Shown here in pieces: positions 36,728 to 47,467 of a DNA stretch of 64,000 bases. The DNA lies in the NCBI RefSeq assembly GCF_964194025.1, contig NC_134469.1, forward strand, positions 77,438,001 to 77,502,000, in the 5' to 3' direction. Each line of letters opens with the position of its first letter. The first letter of the stretch is position 1. The stretch is from Convolutriloba macropyga. Lineage: Eukaryota. Both the position numbers and the translations under genes were made by a program. The notes beneath the pieces were generated by a model, which had not been told where the DNA came from, ran no database searches, and saw only the letters and a program-made list of their open reading frames with translations.

Positions 36728-39700
36728 TTGATACTAATTGATTTAAATATTAAACAGAAGGGTTCGTGCGAGAAGGTGTGGCACGGAATGTTCCAACATA
36801 CCTCCCAAGCATGGCAAACAATTTTTTGTTTTGAGAATAGATTCATCTTTCAGCTAAATTTCTACCACAACACTGACAGATATTTATCCTTTTTTACTAG
36901 GATAATAATTGTAGTATCAAGGCAAATAATTGATCTTGGAGCTTTAAAATCATTCGTAAACTCGCCAGTTTTTTATGATTCCCTAAATAGGTCGATATTC
37001 ATTGTCTCAGTTCACAAAGAAATCTCTGTTCTACTTCGCATATCGTTGGTTGTGTCACGTTCATGGCTGCAAACAATGTACAAAGCGTCATTAATTGAAA
37101 ACTACAGCAATTTTAAAAGTTAGAAGAAACTTCAACTTTTCATTTTGCTCTGAAAAGCTAATTCTTGTCCTTTATCTCAAATTTTGAAGTTTTTTATTTT
37201 TTAAATGCGCTGCTGTTTGAGCCAATTCGAATATGTTCTGAACAGTACTCTTAAAGATAACTCAAGAAGCCCCAGCTCGAGACAATGTTAGATTTGAATC
37301 TGCATTAATCTCAATCCAATATCTAGTCAATCTTAATTCTACATTAAGGTTACTATGTTCAACTAAGTGTGCCCAAACAATATTACGCTACGATAACGCA
37401 ATGCTAGAACGTAATTTTTTAAAGAAATGGTTGTCTCGTAGTTTTAGAATGGGGATAACTGCCGAATATTTCAAAAAAGGCTCTAATTAAACTTAAAATT
37501 GAGGAGCAGTTGGAGGTTGAGAAAAGGGTTTTCGCTCATACGTTCTTCCGCGAGAAAACAATGCGAGTAATGCGAAAAAAGCCGTTGTTAGAAAAAATTT
37601 GATCAAAATAGGTTTTACAGAAAATTTGTGTTTGAGCTGGAACATCTTCAGCTAAAATAAATTATCTTTTCGGCAACAATATATTTTTTTGGTAACGCTA
37701 TATTGCAGAAATGTTATCCTATTGCGCCACAATCTTTCCTTTTTCTTTTTTACACAAAAAAGCTCAGTAAAGCAACTTTGTCTTTTCGTGATGCCGTTTG
37801 GCAAGTGTTTCTGGTGCTGTAAGAAAAAAAATATTGCAGAAGGGCTAGGGCATCTATAACGTCAAGCTGTTGTATAAAGTTGTAGTTGTTCTGTTAATTT
37901 TTTTTTGAATTTTCGCAATATTGTCAATTGTTCAAGAAATAAACGTTTGCTAGTTTTGGCCAATATTTATAGGTTTTTGGTTTCAATAAAACCTGAAGCC
38001 AATTGAAAAAATTGAGTTCAACTGCTTACTTTTTCTGTTGGTATTGGGAACATTATTAGACCGGTGTTGACCAAATTCTTTTGTTTTCCTCAAACTTTTT
38101 TTAAGCTGTCCTCTTCTAGAGCTGATGTTTTGTTAATTTTATTCAAATTCCACAGTAATTTTTACTGCAATTTTTAGTCGCAGAATTTTTGTTTGATGAC
38201 AACTTCATAGCAAAGGATCATTTTTAGAATTTGTGTCCTGGTTTTTTCAAGTGTCTTTGTATAGACTGTCCTGTGTTTTCTGTTTTTTTTTGTTTTGAAA
38301 TGTTTAACTTTTGATTCGCAGATTATTTTGTTTTTAATTGTTGTTTGAAAAGTTACATATTTTTTGAGTAGATGGTTGATCGGAACAAAAGACTTGTATT
38401 ATTTATGTGAGGCCTTTCAGGAATTTTAAATTGGAGGAGTAAACTTTCCATGAAATTTGGAGGCTTCTTAAGATCTGAGTATAAAATGTTTATTAGCTAT
38501 GTTTTAGATAAAAGTTTTTATTAGCTATCAAATTCGCAATTATTCTTCAGAAACTGTAAGGCCGTAGTTTTTTTCTAAAGAAAAAAGAGTGAAACACATT
38601 TCATAGGACACAGATTTTCGAATAAGAAAAGTAGAAGGAAACTTTTGCTAGATATCTATAGAAGAGTAAGGTAATACTAGGTTAGATCAGTTTTTTATTT
38701 AAATTATAAGCAAATCGAGGGAAATTTTTTGCATTAAATAGACGAAGCTGAATATTTTTGTTCTTTCATTTGATTATGATCACAAATTGGCCAAAATTTT
38801 TAATCAGTTGTTTCAAAATGTAATTGTTTTTTTACGACAATATTGAGAGCAAGTTAGAAAGGAGTTTTTGCCGCAATAATTTACTATATTTTTTATGGAA
38901 ACACGACAAAAGCAATTCGAACAAAAATAGGAAAAACAATAAAATTTCGAAGAAAATTTTGTTTTGTCTTCATTGCAATGTTTGAGCTGGTCAATGTTTA
39001 TTTAAGCTCGGTTCTGGTTAGGGTATCCAGATATTAGATGGATCACTTCATTACATCTTCAGATGCCCGTACCAAGGTGTTAAAAGGTCAATTTTAACGT
39101 GTCTTAATCTACCGTTGAGAAATTGTTTACCCAACAATGACAATTGTTGAAAAGTAAATTTTTAGAAATGACATGTTCTCTATTTCTCTAATTGTTTTTG
39201 GCGTATTATCTTGTACGAAAAGTCTTAAGCTATTGTTGCTCCATGATTGTATTTTTCTCTTTATTGGTTCTTGGACGCCCAAACAACGAATATTGACACA
39301 CGAACCTGATATGTAGGCTTTAAGTTTCTCAAAATATCAACAAAAAGAACGGCATTACACAAAGTAGAGATATCGAAATGCAACATTGAAGTTATCTTCA
39401 ATTTTTTTTTGAAAAAGCAAAGAATTAGTAGAAAAAAATCCTCAGTTTCCCTAAAAAAAATTTTGATGGCCATTTCCAATGATCTTTCAAATGATATTAT
39501 AAATCTGTTCACTTGCACTTGCTAACCGCAATTGGAATGTTTTCACAACCTAGATTCTATACCAAAATGTCTATTTACCCTGTGAGCCGAAAATTTAAAG
39601 TGGGATTTTTATTTTAATTGGGGCTTATTTGCTATAGTTATTATATGAAAACAATTATAGGCCTTCTCAGAATTTACGAAAAATAGATGAGTTGAATTTC

Positions 39701-39748
39701 CGTGGTCCAAATTAAAGTATCCACATAAATCATATATTTGGATAGCTG

Positions 39749-39782
39749 TTATGTGTTCACTGTACTAGTATTTGTTGTTGTT

Positions 39783-39815
<33 letters not shown>

Positions 39816-40338
39816 GAGGCTGTTGCGTTCCGTTCGCCTATTGTAGCTGCATTTCTTTTCGATGCAGTGGTCTCAGTTGTGACTTCAAGGGTCGGTGAAA
39901 TTGTTTCAGCAACAGAACGACTACTGTATTTATCTGTCCGGACATTCATGACGTTAGTTGTATCACTGGATCTGTCGTTTGCGCTTATAGTTATAACTGG
40001 AGGTATGACTGATGCGTTGGTTGAAGAATTTGCAGACCTGATTGCTGGAGTCTCAAAATCTTCCGAGTCTGCAGTGGCTTCTGCTCCTAAGACATCGGCA
40101 GGGTTGATGTCAATGTTCTCCAGTCTCTTATAGCTTCCTAATTCTGGAGACGTCCTCGATGCCAGGATTGTCATGTGCTTCTGCTGGCCAATACTTATCT
40201 GTAAATCATTTTCAATAGATTGAACACGGAGGCTCGGAAATGTGCTTTTGGACATAATGTTTCGATCCCTCTCAACCACATATTTGACTTAAATGTCTTT
40301 CAAAGGAGAAGGAGATTGAACTTTGAGAAACTCATATA
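39749..40338 (-). CDS. Possible terminal exon or pseudo-exon encoding a Ser/Thr-rich mucin-like tail
   Basis: Open frame 39749-40279 with coding-like composition, ending in poly-Thr. An acceptor-like GAACAG lies near 40340, but an in-frame TAA near 40290 interrupts the extension. Confidence 0.4.
39771..39815. repeat. (GTT)n/(AAC)n trinucleotide microsatellite
   Basis: About 14 GTT units with one interruption. Confidence 0.9.
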
Positions 40339-40352
40339 CTGTTCGAATAATT

Positions 40353-41400
40353 ATTGGTATCCATTTAAAAAACCGCTTTAAGCTCAAACCACGAAAAAAT
40401 TAAGTAATGCTTCATTAGAGGGCCAATGAGACCACCCATTAGGGACACTAAGAGACAAGACAAATAGCAAAATCGAATAACAACAGCAAGCATTAATTGC
40501 GACCGAAATTCGATGGGGGACCTTTAAAAAACATATTAATATCAAAATGGCATACAAACTAAACTAAACAAAGTTACTTGCATTTCATCAGAAAAGTCAT
40601 GGGAACCGTCTACATTGAGTACAAGTAACAGGTAGAAAAAAGAAAAGGGCAAAGTTAAAAAAAACCTTTATGCCTTTTGAAAATAATTAATTTGAAAGAC
40701 GTCAAAACCATTAGCTATCACCTGAAATAATTAATTGGCTTCATTTATACTTTCATAGAAAGCCATTGAGACCTGTCATCATCCAGATTGTTATACAACT
40801 ACAAAAAATGGAAACACATGTAAAAATCAAAGCCATAAATTCTTGTCAGAAAACAATGTCGAAGCCTTTTTACTAAAACCCAAAGATTAACAATTGGTAT
40901 CTCTTTTTAAAAAACCGCTTTAAGCTCTAACCACTGAAAAACTAAGTAAAGATTCATTAGAGGGCCAATGATACCACCCATTAGGGAGACTAAGAGACAA
41001 GACAAATAGCAAAATCGAATAACAACAGCAAACATTAATTACGACCGAAATTCGATGGTGGACCTTTTAAAAAAACATATTAACATCAAAAAGGCAAACA
41101 AACTAAACTAAACAAAGTTACTTGCATTTCATCAGAAAAGTCATGGGAACCGTCTACATTGAGTACAAGTAACAGGTAGAAAAAAGAAAAGGGCAAAGTT
41201 AAAAGAAACCTTTATGCCTTTTGAAAATAATTTATTTGAAAGACGTCAAAACCATTAGCTATCCTCTAAAATAATTAATTGGCTTCATTTATTCCTTCAT
41301 AGAAAGCCATTGAGACCTGTCGTCATCCAGATTTTTATACAACTACAAAAATTGGAAAGACGTGTAAAAATCAAAGCCATTTACTAAAACTAAAGGATTA
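40353..41400. repeat. Recent tandem duplication, period ~540 bp
   Basis: 40353-40892 and 40893-41400 are near-identical (ATTGGTATC...AAAAAACCGCTTTAAGCTC...AAAGTTACTTGCATTTCATCAGAAAAGTCATGGGAACCGTC...). Confidence 0.95.
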
Positions 41401-43013
41401 AAGCAATGAACATTATTTAAAAATTCAGTTGAACAGATGTGATCTGTCTTATTGCTGAGACAACGCTACAAGGTGGCAAGACCAAAAAATTTTAAAGATT
41501 AAGTCAAAGTAACCACCAGCTTTCAACAAATAGCAAAGACAATAACCTATTACTGTCATGAAAGCCAATTGGACATTCAAATGATGCGAATGAGTCAAAA
41601 GACTACAAAATAACAACGAAAACAGGCAGATTTAAAAATTTCACAATCCATTATATGCAAACACAGTGATGAATCCATAGAGACCATTAGTGCGAAATTA
41701 TAGGGTATGTGTTCATTCACCTTCTATTGCACGTATATTCATTTTTTTTTTAATCGAAAACAATGTTTTGACTTCAAATCTTTTAAGGGTGACAAAAAAG
41801 GCAGAAATGTTTTTTAAAACATCCCACAGGAAAAATTCAATGAAATTAGAATGTAAAATGTGACTATCAGACCACAATAAGTCGTGATTTTGCTGCTTGT
41901 CAATCAAACAAGTAATTGTTCTATATGTTTCCGAAATAACCAAATTAATCGAAAGGCGATGCAACAAAAATACATGTTGAATGTTGTATATTTATCGAAT
42001 TTTTTTAGCGGAAAAGAATCAGATATCAATTGAAAGCATTAGAAAGTTTCCTCAATAGCTCTCCAGATAGAGAATAAAAACTTTGATTAATTAGACTCAG
42101 TCATAGGATTACAAAATGAACAGCAAATGGTGTCAAAACCACAAAGTTCGTGAAGTCGCGAAAACGTTTTGCCGTAAAAAATCATGAGCTTTATCTTTTG
42201 AAAAATCCTTTTTATATCGGATATCTTTTTAACTTTCATCGGTCCCCTCATTTAAACAATTTTTAAGTGAAAATTGACATATTATAATGTGGACCAAAAA
42301 ACTGCAGCAATTACTTTGAAAAAGAACAGCCTAAGACAATTCGAGTCCTTTTTATAGAAAAATTCAACGACGATACAAAAACAAGTTTGGTTCTCGCTGC
42401 GCGGCTGTTACGAAAAGTCATTGCTACAAATAATTGCGTTACAGAGAAAAATTTTAAGGTGCGAAACAGATGGTGCATTTTGGATAAATAACAATTTAAA
42501 TCAGCGAAAGGTTGCCAAATTGTTAGTTCCAGAACACTAGCCAAGAAACTGGGGCTAAAACTAGCTCTAATAGAAGTAACGGTCAATATTTGTTGCGTTT
42601 TTCTTTAACAAATGAAAAAATGTTTTTTTTTTCAATTGAGCCCAAATTTTACCTAATATAGTTAGTAATCTTTTATCTTCAATGGTAAAACCAGTGAGAC
42701 TTGCTAGGAATTTTATCATTATTTTAGCAAAATGGATCAAATTTTCGGCAAAACTTACAAAAAATATGAACAAAACAACGGAAGTAAGCCTAGCTTTCAC
42801 ATTTTTTTTAAACATCCGCAATTCCTTGGAAAAAAACAAAATTAAATAAAATCTGTTTTTGTTTCGATATTCTACGCCGGACACGTTTTCTTATGATAAC
42901 TCTCACAACCCTCTACGTTGTATATATCAATCGGCGCATTTTGACTGAACAAAAAATACCCCGTTAGTTCAGCATATAGATCCTCCCCCGCTAAAGTGGG
43001 TCGGAACTATTAG
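40360..43013 (+). mobile_element. Non-autonomous Helitron-like element, copy 3
   Basis: 3' end TGACTGAACAAAA...TAGATCCTCC-CCCGC-taaa-GTGGG-TCGGAACTA-TTAG is homologous to 30428-30493. Candidate 5' A|TC at 40359-40361. Confidence 0.55.
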
Positions 43014-43303
43014 GAGGGAACTTTGATTTCTTTCCAGTGCCCGATTTGCCATACCTTGCCCTTAAAAAAGTAAAGTTATCATAAGCCTCCGGGCAAAGTT
43101 TAAATTGTCTCCCCATGACAAATTCTTAGAAAGTAACTTTGTAACTCCCATCATGCCTCTACTCCTACATGGTCTCTCTTTTTTTTTGGGGGGGGGGTGT
43201 TGTGAAGGAGGGTGGATTTTGGGGGTAAAAATAGTGCGCATATTTGAAACATCGGGTGTAAGGAATATGATGTTTATGATGTATATGTAAAAGCAGAACA
43301 AAC

Positions 43304-43498
43304 ATCAAACTTGAATTGTACATCTCCCGCATTGGATGTCTGCCTCGTGTAGCATGACGTCATTTGAAAACGGTGCAAATTTGCAGTTGAAGGAAATCTG
43401 GCGCTTAATTGAGACCGAATATCGTCTTTCAGATCATCCAACACCGACAAACAGATCATCTTGGGGGGATCGAACTTAACCCAGTCTGTATTCTCCAT
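43304..43498 (-). CDS. Probable internal exon, weakly stefin/cystatin-like
   Basis: Acceptor TTGTAG|ATG at 43498 and donor GAT|GTTTGT near 43303. DDIRSQL...FQMTSCYTRQTSNAGDVQFKFD loosely parallels stefin DQVRSQL...FKAVSFKSQVVAGTNYFIK. Confidence 0.35.
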
Positions 43499-44033
43499 CT
43501 ACAATTCCAATAGGGAGCGTCTGCAGGGTTAAATTGGCATTTATACGAAAGTAGCTCTTAATTCCTTTAATTCCCACTCCATAACATCGAAAAATTGAGA
43601 CATAACAGCAATAGTAAAAAAAATTGAAAATCATATCACTCTTGGAACGAGCCCCCCCCCCCCCGCCAACGTCTTTTTTATAGTATGTTTGAGTAATACG
43701 TGGTTTTAGATAAATAGGTTTTGCATTGCTGAAGGGGGGAGGGGGGAGTTTGCGAATTTTGTTTTCTGTTGTGAAAATGTTCCATCCTTAGACCAGTTGG
43801 GCAAAAGTTAAACAGATAAAACGATAAATCCTAATCAAAACGCTCGTCTCTCATCTATTGATTCAATCAGAAAAATGGGTTTGGCTAACTGAGTTCTTGA
43901 AGATGACTAGACGTGAATCTCTTTCCTTTTCGTGAACAAAGTTTTTGTTTCCATTAGTCGGTTTGAACAAACTAATGCGTGAATTTCAGTCACAGTAGTT
44001 TGTATATAAACCCTAATTGAAGCCAATTCAGAC

Positions 44034-44097
44034 CTGGAGACGTTCTCCAACGTCCTCTTCTTTTCCATCATCAGATTCTGGTTCGTCGCTGCTGTAA
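44034..44097 (-). CDS. Probable small upstream exon of the same gene (YSSDEPESDDGKEEDVGERLQ)
   Basis: Acceptor TTTACATCAG and donor CAG|GTCTGA on the minus strand; the phase-0 end joins in frame to 43498. Confidence 0.35.
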
Positions 44098-46220
44098 CTG
44101 ATGTAAACGCAAATACTTAGTAAAGCGCACAATATAAATGTTATAGACATTTAGTGTGCTGCTAGTTACTAACGCTTGTTGCTAAAAGGCGTTGTGAAAC
44201 GATACTTAAACATTTCTTCTGTTAGCAGATGGAAAATTATGCCAAAGACAACTTGCCTCAGAAGTATACTTTGTATGTAGAAAAGGATTCAGTAACTACT
44301 TTCAAGAGAACAATTTTGCAGACGAAAACTATGCCTTTTGTTAAGGAATAAAATCAATTTCTGATGAAATCAAAACAAAAAGCATATGGTTTCCAAGAAA
44401 CGTCGAACACTTTTCTTGGTCGAGAAATTTTCTTAAAGTATCATAAAATACAGGAGCAGCTCACCTGATGAACTCTAATTAAAAGCTGAGAAATAATAGC
44501 AAAAGTCAAGCTTTAGTTCTAATTTTTTTCAAGCAGTTTAATTCTTTAAGCAAAAAGTTTTCGGATGCAATCTGAGTGAAACATTATATACTTGACGTAA
44601 AAACAGCTAAAAAAGAAATCATCGATACTTGTTTTTCTTTGTTTTCAGTCCTCCGTTTTTGTAACAGTATTTTTGCATCCAATTATTTGATTTCAACATG
44701 CACAAAATTTTCAGACTTTTTACTGAATTCATGATCTTGCAATTCATGTATAATGCATTTTAACTTCTTTTCAGTAGAAACTGTTGTTTAAGAAATAAGT
44801 AAGACCGTTTAACCCCCCAGATGAATTAAACTTGACGAAAAAGATTTTTCAGAAGAATTAAGTTTTGCAAATGAAGCTGCCATCAAAACACTTGAACAAA
44901 TTCTGTTGGCCAAAAGTCAGCACTACTAGAACTTGACTCTGCAGAAGTTCCTGTTAAGTTTTCCTTTCCGAACGACCCCTGAGTTTTTCGAAATTTGCAA
45001 ATTGCGTGTTTTGTTCACAGGATACCTCATTATGATGGGAGTCACTAGGAACTTCTGACATTTTTTGAGTTGCTCGAGATGTGAACAAAGTTTTGGAAAG
45101 TCATCTACAGAGCTATATATTGCTTGTAAATTTCCTAAGAATTTCTTAAGAAGGATTCCTTCTATTTTTATGTAGAGAGGAACTTCTCGGATTATAAATT
45201 TGAGCTTTACAAAATTTTTGAAACTTTAAATTTTAGAGAAATGCGTGTTTTGAGTAACCTTCAATGACTCAGCGGAAAACTACCTATTGCTATATTCTTT
45301 AATCGCTATGCAGCGCTTAATCAATACCCGAAGTTTGTATTGACTTCGTCAGAGCAGAAAATATTGCAAAAAAATTTGGCCAACAATAATTTAAAGCAAT
45401 TATCTGCTTTCAGCATTTTTTTTTTCACAAAATTGTGCGTTCGGCAAAGTGAGCTCAGTGTGAAGTTATATAAGAAATTGTTAAAACTGTGAAATTGAGT
45501 GTGCAACACACTTTCAAACCTCTTTTCGCGAGGCCGATCCAGTAAGTGTAGTGCCATAAATGAAATAACTGTTTAATGCAAAATTAGTATTGGTTTCGAC
45601 AGCCATAATCGCCATTTCTTACATGAGGTCATGCATTTATTGGTTTCTCATGTTATGGTATCATTTTACGAAAATTAACATCTCATTTTTATCTCTACTT
45701 TTTCTGGAGTGAGTAAAATCATTTGAAACGTTAATTTACATACTTCATTGATGAAGGTAACTGTGAGCACTCTCAGGTTACTTGCACTTAGCCCTAACTT
45801 GTCGGGCGTTGGGGGCACACTTCTTGTTGCAACTTAATGGGCGATCTGTTTAAAGAGACTTTAATTGTTGTCAATTCACAAGACCTAGTAGTCTTGTGGG
45901 GTTTCTGGGGTCTGCTGAAATTCTTGGTGACACGTCCTAGTGGCTGGATTCCTCGAGAAGTCCACAATTTCAGAAACCACACATCACCCGATCTGGTTCA
46001 TCTTGGGAACATATTCCTCCAGCGAGCCTATCGAAAAATGTTGCAACGTCTTCTTTAATTGGGTCCATGAGTTTAACTTCAACCTGATTGACTCCCGGAA
46101 CACAAGTCCTGGTACGTTGGTCAAAGCTCGTCCCAAGTGTCTCAAGTGTTCTGTTGAGCGCGCTCGGCTCATTAAATCACGCTCTTAATTTAAGGGGTTG
46201 AAGAACCTAGCCCCCCCCCC

Positions 46221-46222
<2 letters not shown>

Positions 46223-46251
<29 letters not shown>
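46223..46251. repeat. (CA)n microsatellite next to a poly-C run
   Basis: Seen directly. Confidence 0.9.
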
Positions 46252-46253
<2 letters not shown>

Positions 46254-46852
46254 ACATAATGCTTTATTTACGCCCCCGCGAGCTTGTGCATTCTATTTTT
46301 ACATAGTAACGTGCTATATAACATATCAATGTGCAACAATGTACAGTATTTACACTCTTTTCCCCGTTATTTTTTGGTAAAATCCTCGTCCCGGGGGTCA
46401 TGAGCAACACCCGAGGGGGATAGGGGACAGATCCACTTTAAGCAAAGATAGCATTAGCTTTAGAAAGATATGAAATAAATTTGAATGCATGCCAATCTCT
46501 GGCTCCTATGAAGAAGCAGCATGCCTCAAAAAGAGACATAAATCTGCTGGAAAAACTGATTCCATTTGTTTGCATTAACCGATCGCCAGTTTTATAATAA
46601 CTTACTTCCAAAGTGCCAATTTAGAGCCACTTTGCTTCAATGCAACATTTGGAACGACCACAGTGGGAAAACTCAGCAGAAAAACAGAAGCCGAGTTACC
46701 AACCGTTAATAAATCATTTCATTATTTTAGGGGCATAAATTCTGTCAAATGGTCAAAACGCATCAACTTGGAAGCGTTTAACTAAACAAACAATTGTTCA
46801 GCCCAGGATCCTTTTGACCTTAATTTTTTTGCTGGATAAAATTTTGGCTAAT

Positions 46853-47467
46853 ATGAGACCCTTAATATTATCAGTCGTGGTGTTTTACCTGGAAGTGACG
46901 GTGTGCGAGAGTAGTAACTGCGGTCGTTACGGGATGGAACCGATTCCTGAGATATCAAACGGAATCTGTTTTGGACTGATACCCCCCTGGATGGGCAAAA
47001 TGACATACTACACGGCCAGTCAGAAGTGCATCAAATTCTTCGGCAGAGATGCGAAGGTTACAACCCCGTACTCTCGATCTGAACTGAAGGTTATCCTCCA
47101 CTGGGCTCTGAAGAAAGGGTTGCCCACCGATAGCATGGCAGGGTTCTGGACCAATTACATGCGAGATGTGAAAGCTCCCCTGAATGAGGAATTCGAACTG
47201 GAAACACGTCATGCATTGATTCGGAGGAATCGGTTGCTGTTCCACATTGCGAACCAGTCATTCACGATGCCAGAGGAATTGTGGAGAGATGAGACTCAAC
47301 CAGGGAATACTGACGATGAGAGGGACGAGTGGTGCACAGCTCAGAAGAAACCAGGAGAGCCGGCAAAATTTCTTGGTCTGGACGACTTCGAATGTGATGG
47401 AATCCAGAGACATTACGCCGTATGCGACTGGTTCTTTGCATGTCCCTCAAACGAAAGGAACGATTGA
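46853..47467 (+). CDS. Secreted single C-type lectin-like domain protein (204 aa), intronless
   Basis: Signal-like MRPLILSVVVFYLEVTVCES; CFG...MTYYTASQKC; FWTNY at the WIG position; LWRDETQPGN...EWC...LDDFEC...YAVC give the CTLD cysteine pattern. Confidence 0.8.
   Translation: MRPLILSVVVFYLEVTVCESSNCGRYGMEPIPEISNGICFGLIPPWMGKMTYYTASQKCIKFFGRDAKVTTPYSRSELKVILHWALKKGLPTDSMAGFWTNYMRDVKAPLNEEFELETRHALIRRNRLLFHIANQSFTMPEELWRDETQPGNTDDERDEWCTAQKKPGEPAKFLGLDDFECDGIQRHYAVCDWFFACPSNERND

Noticed and set aside
39738-40133. Plus-strand poly-Val transmembrane-like ORF
   Set aside because: Produced by the (GTT)n repeat, starts at TTG, and is antisense to the more plausible frame.
45794-46188. GC-richer segment with short overlapping ORFs
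   Set aside because: Possibly a decayed TE or gene fragment, but no recognisable motif or splice structure.
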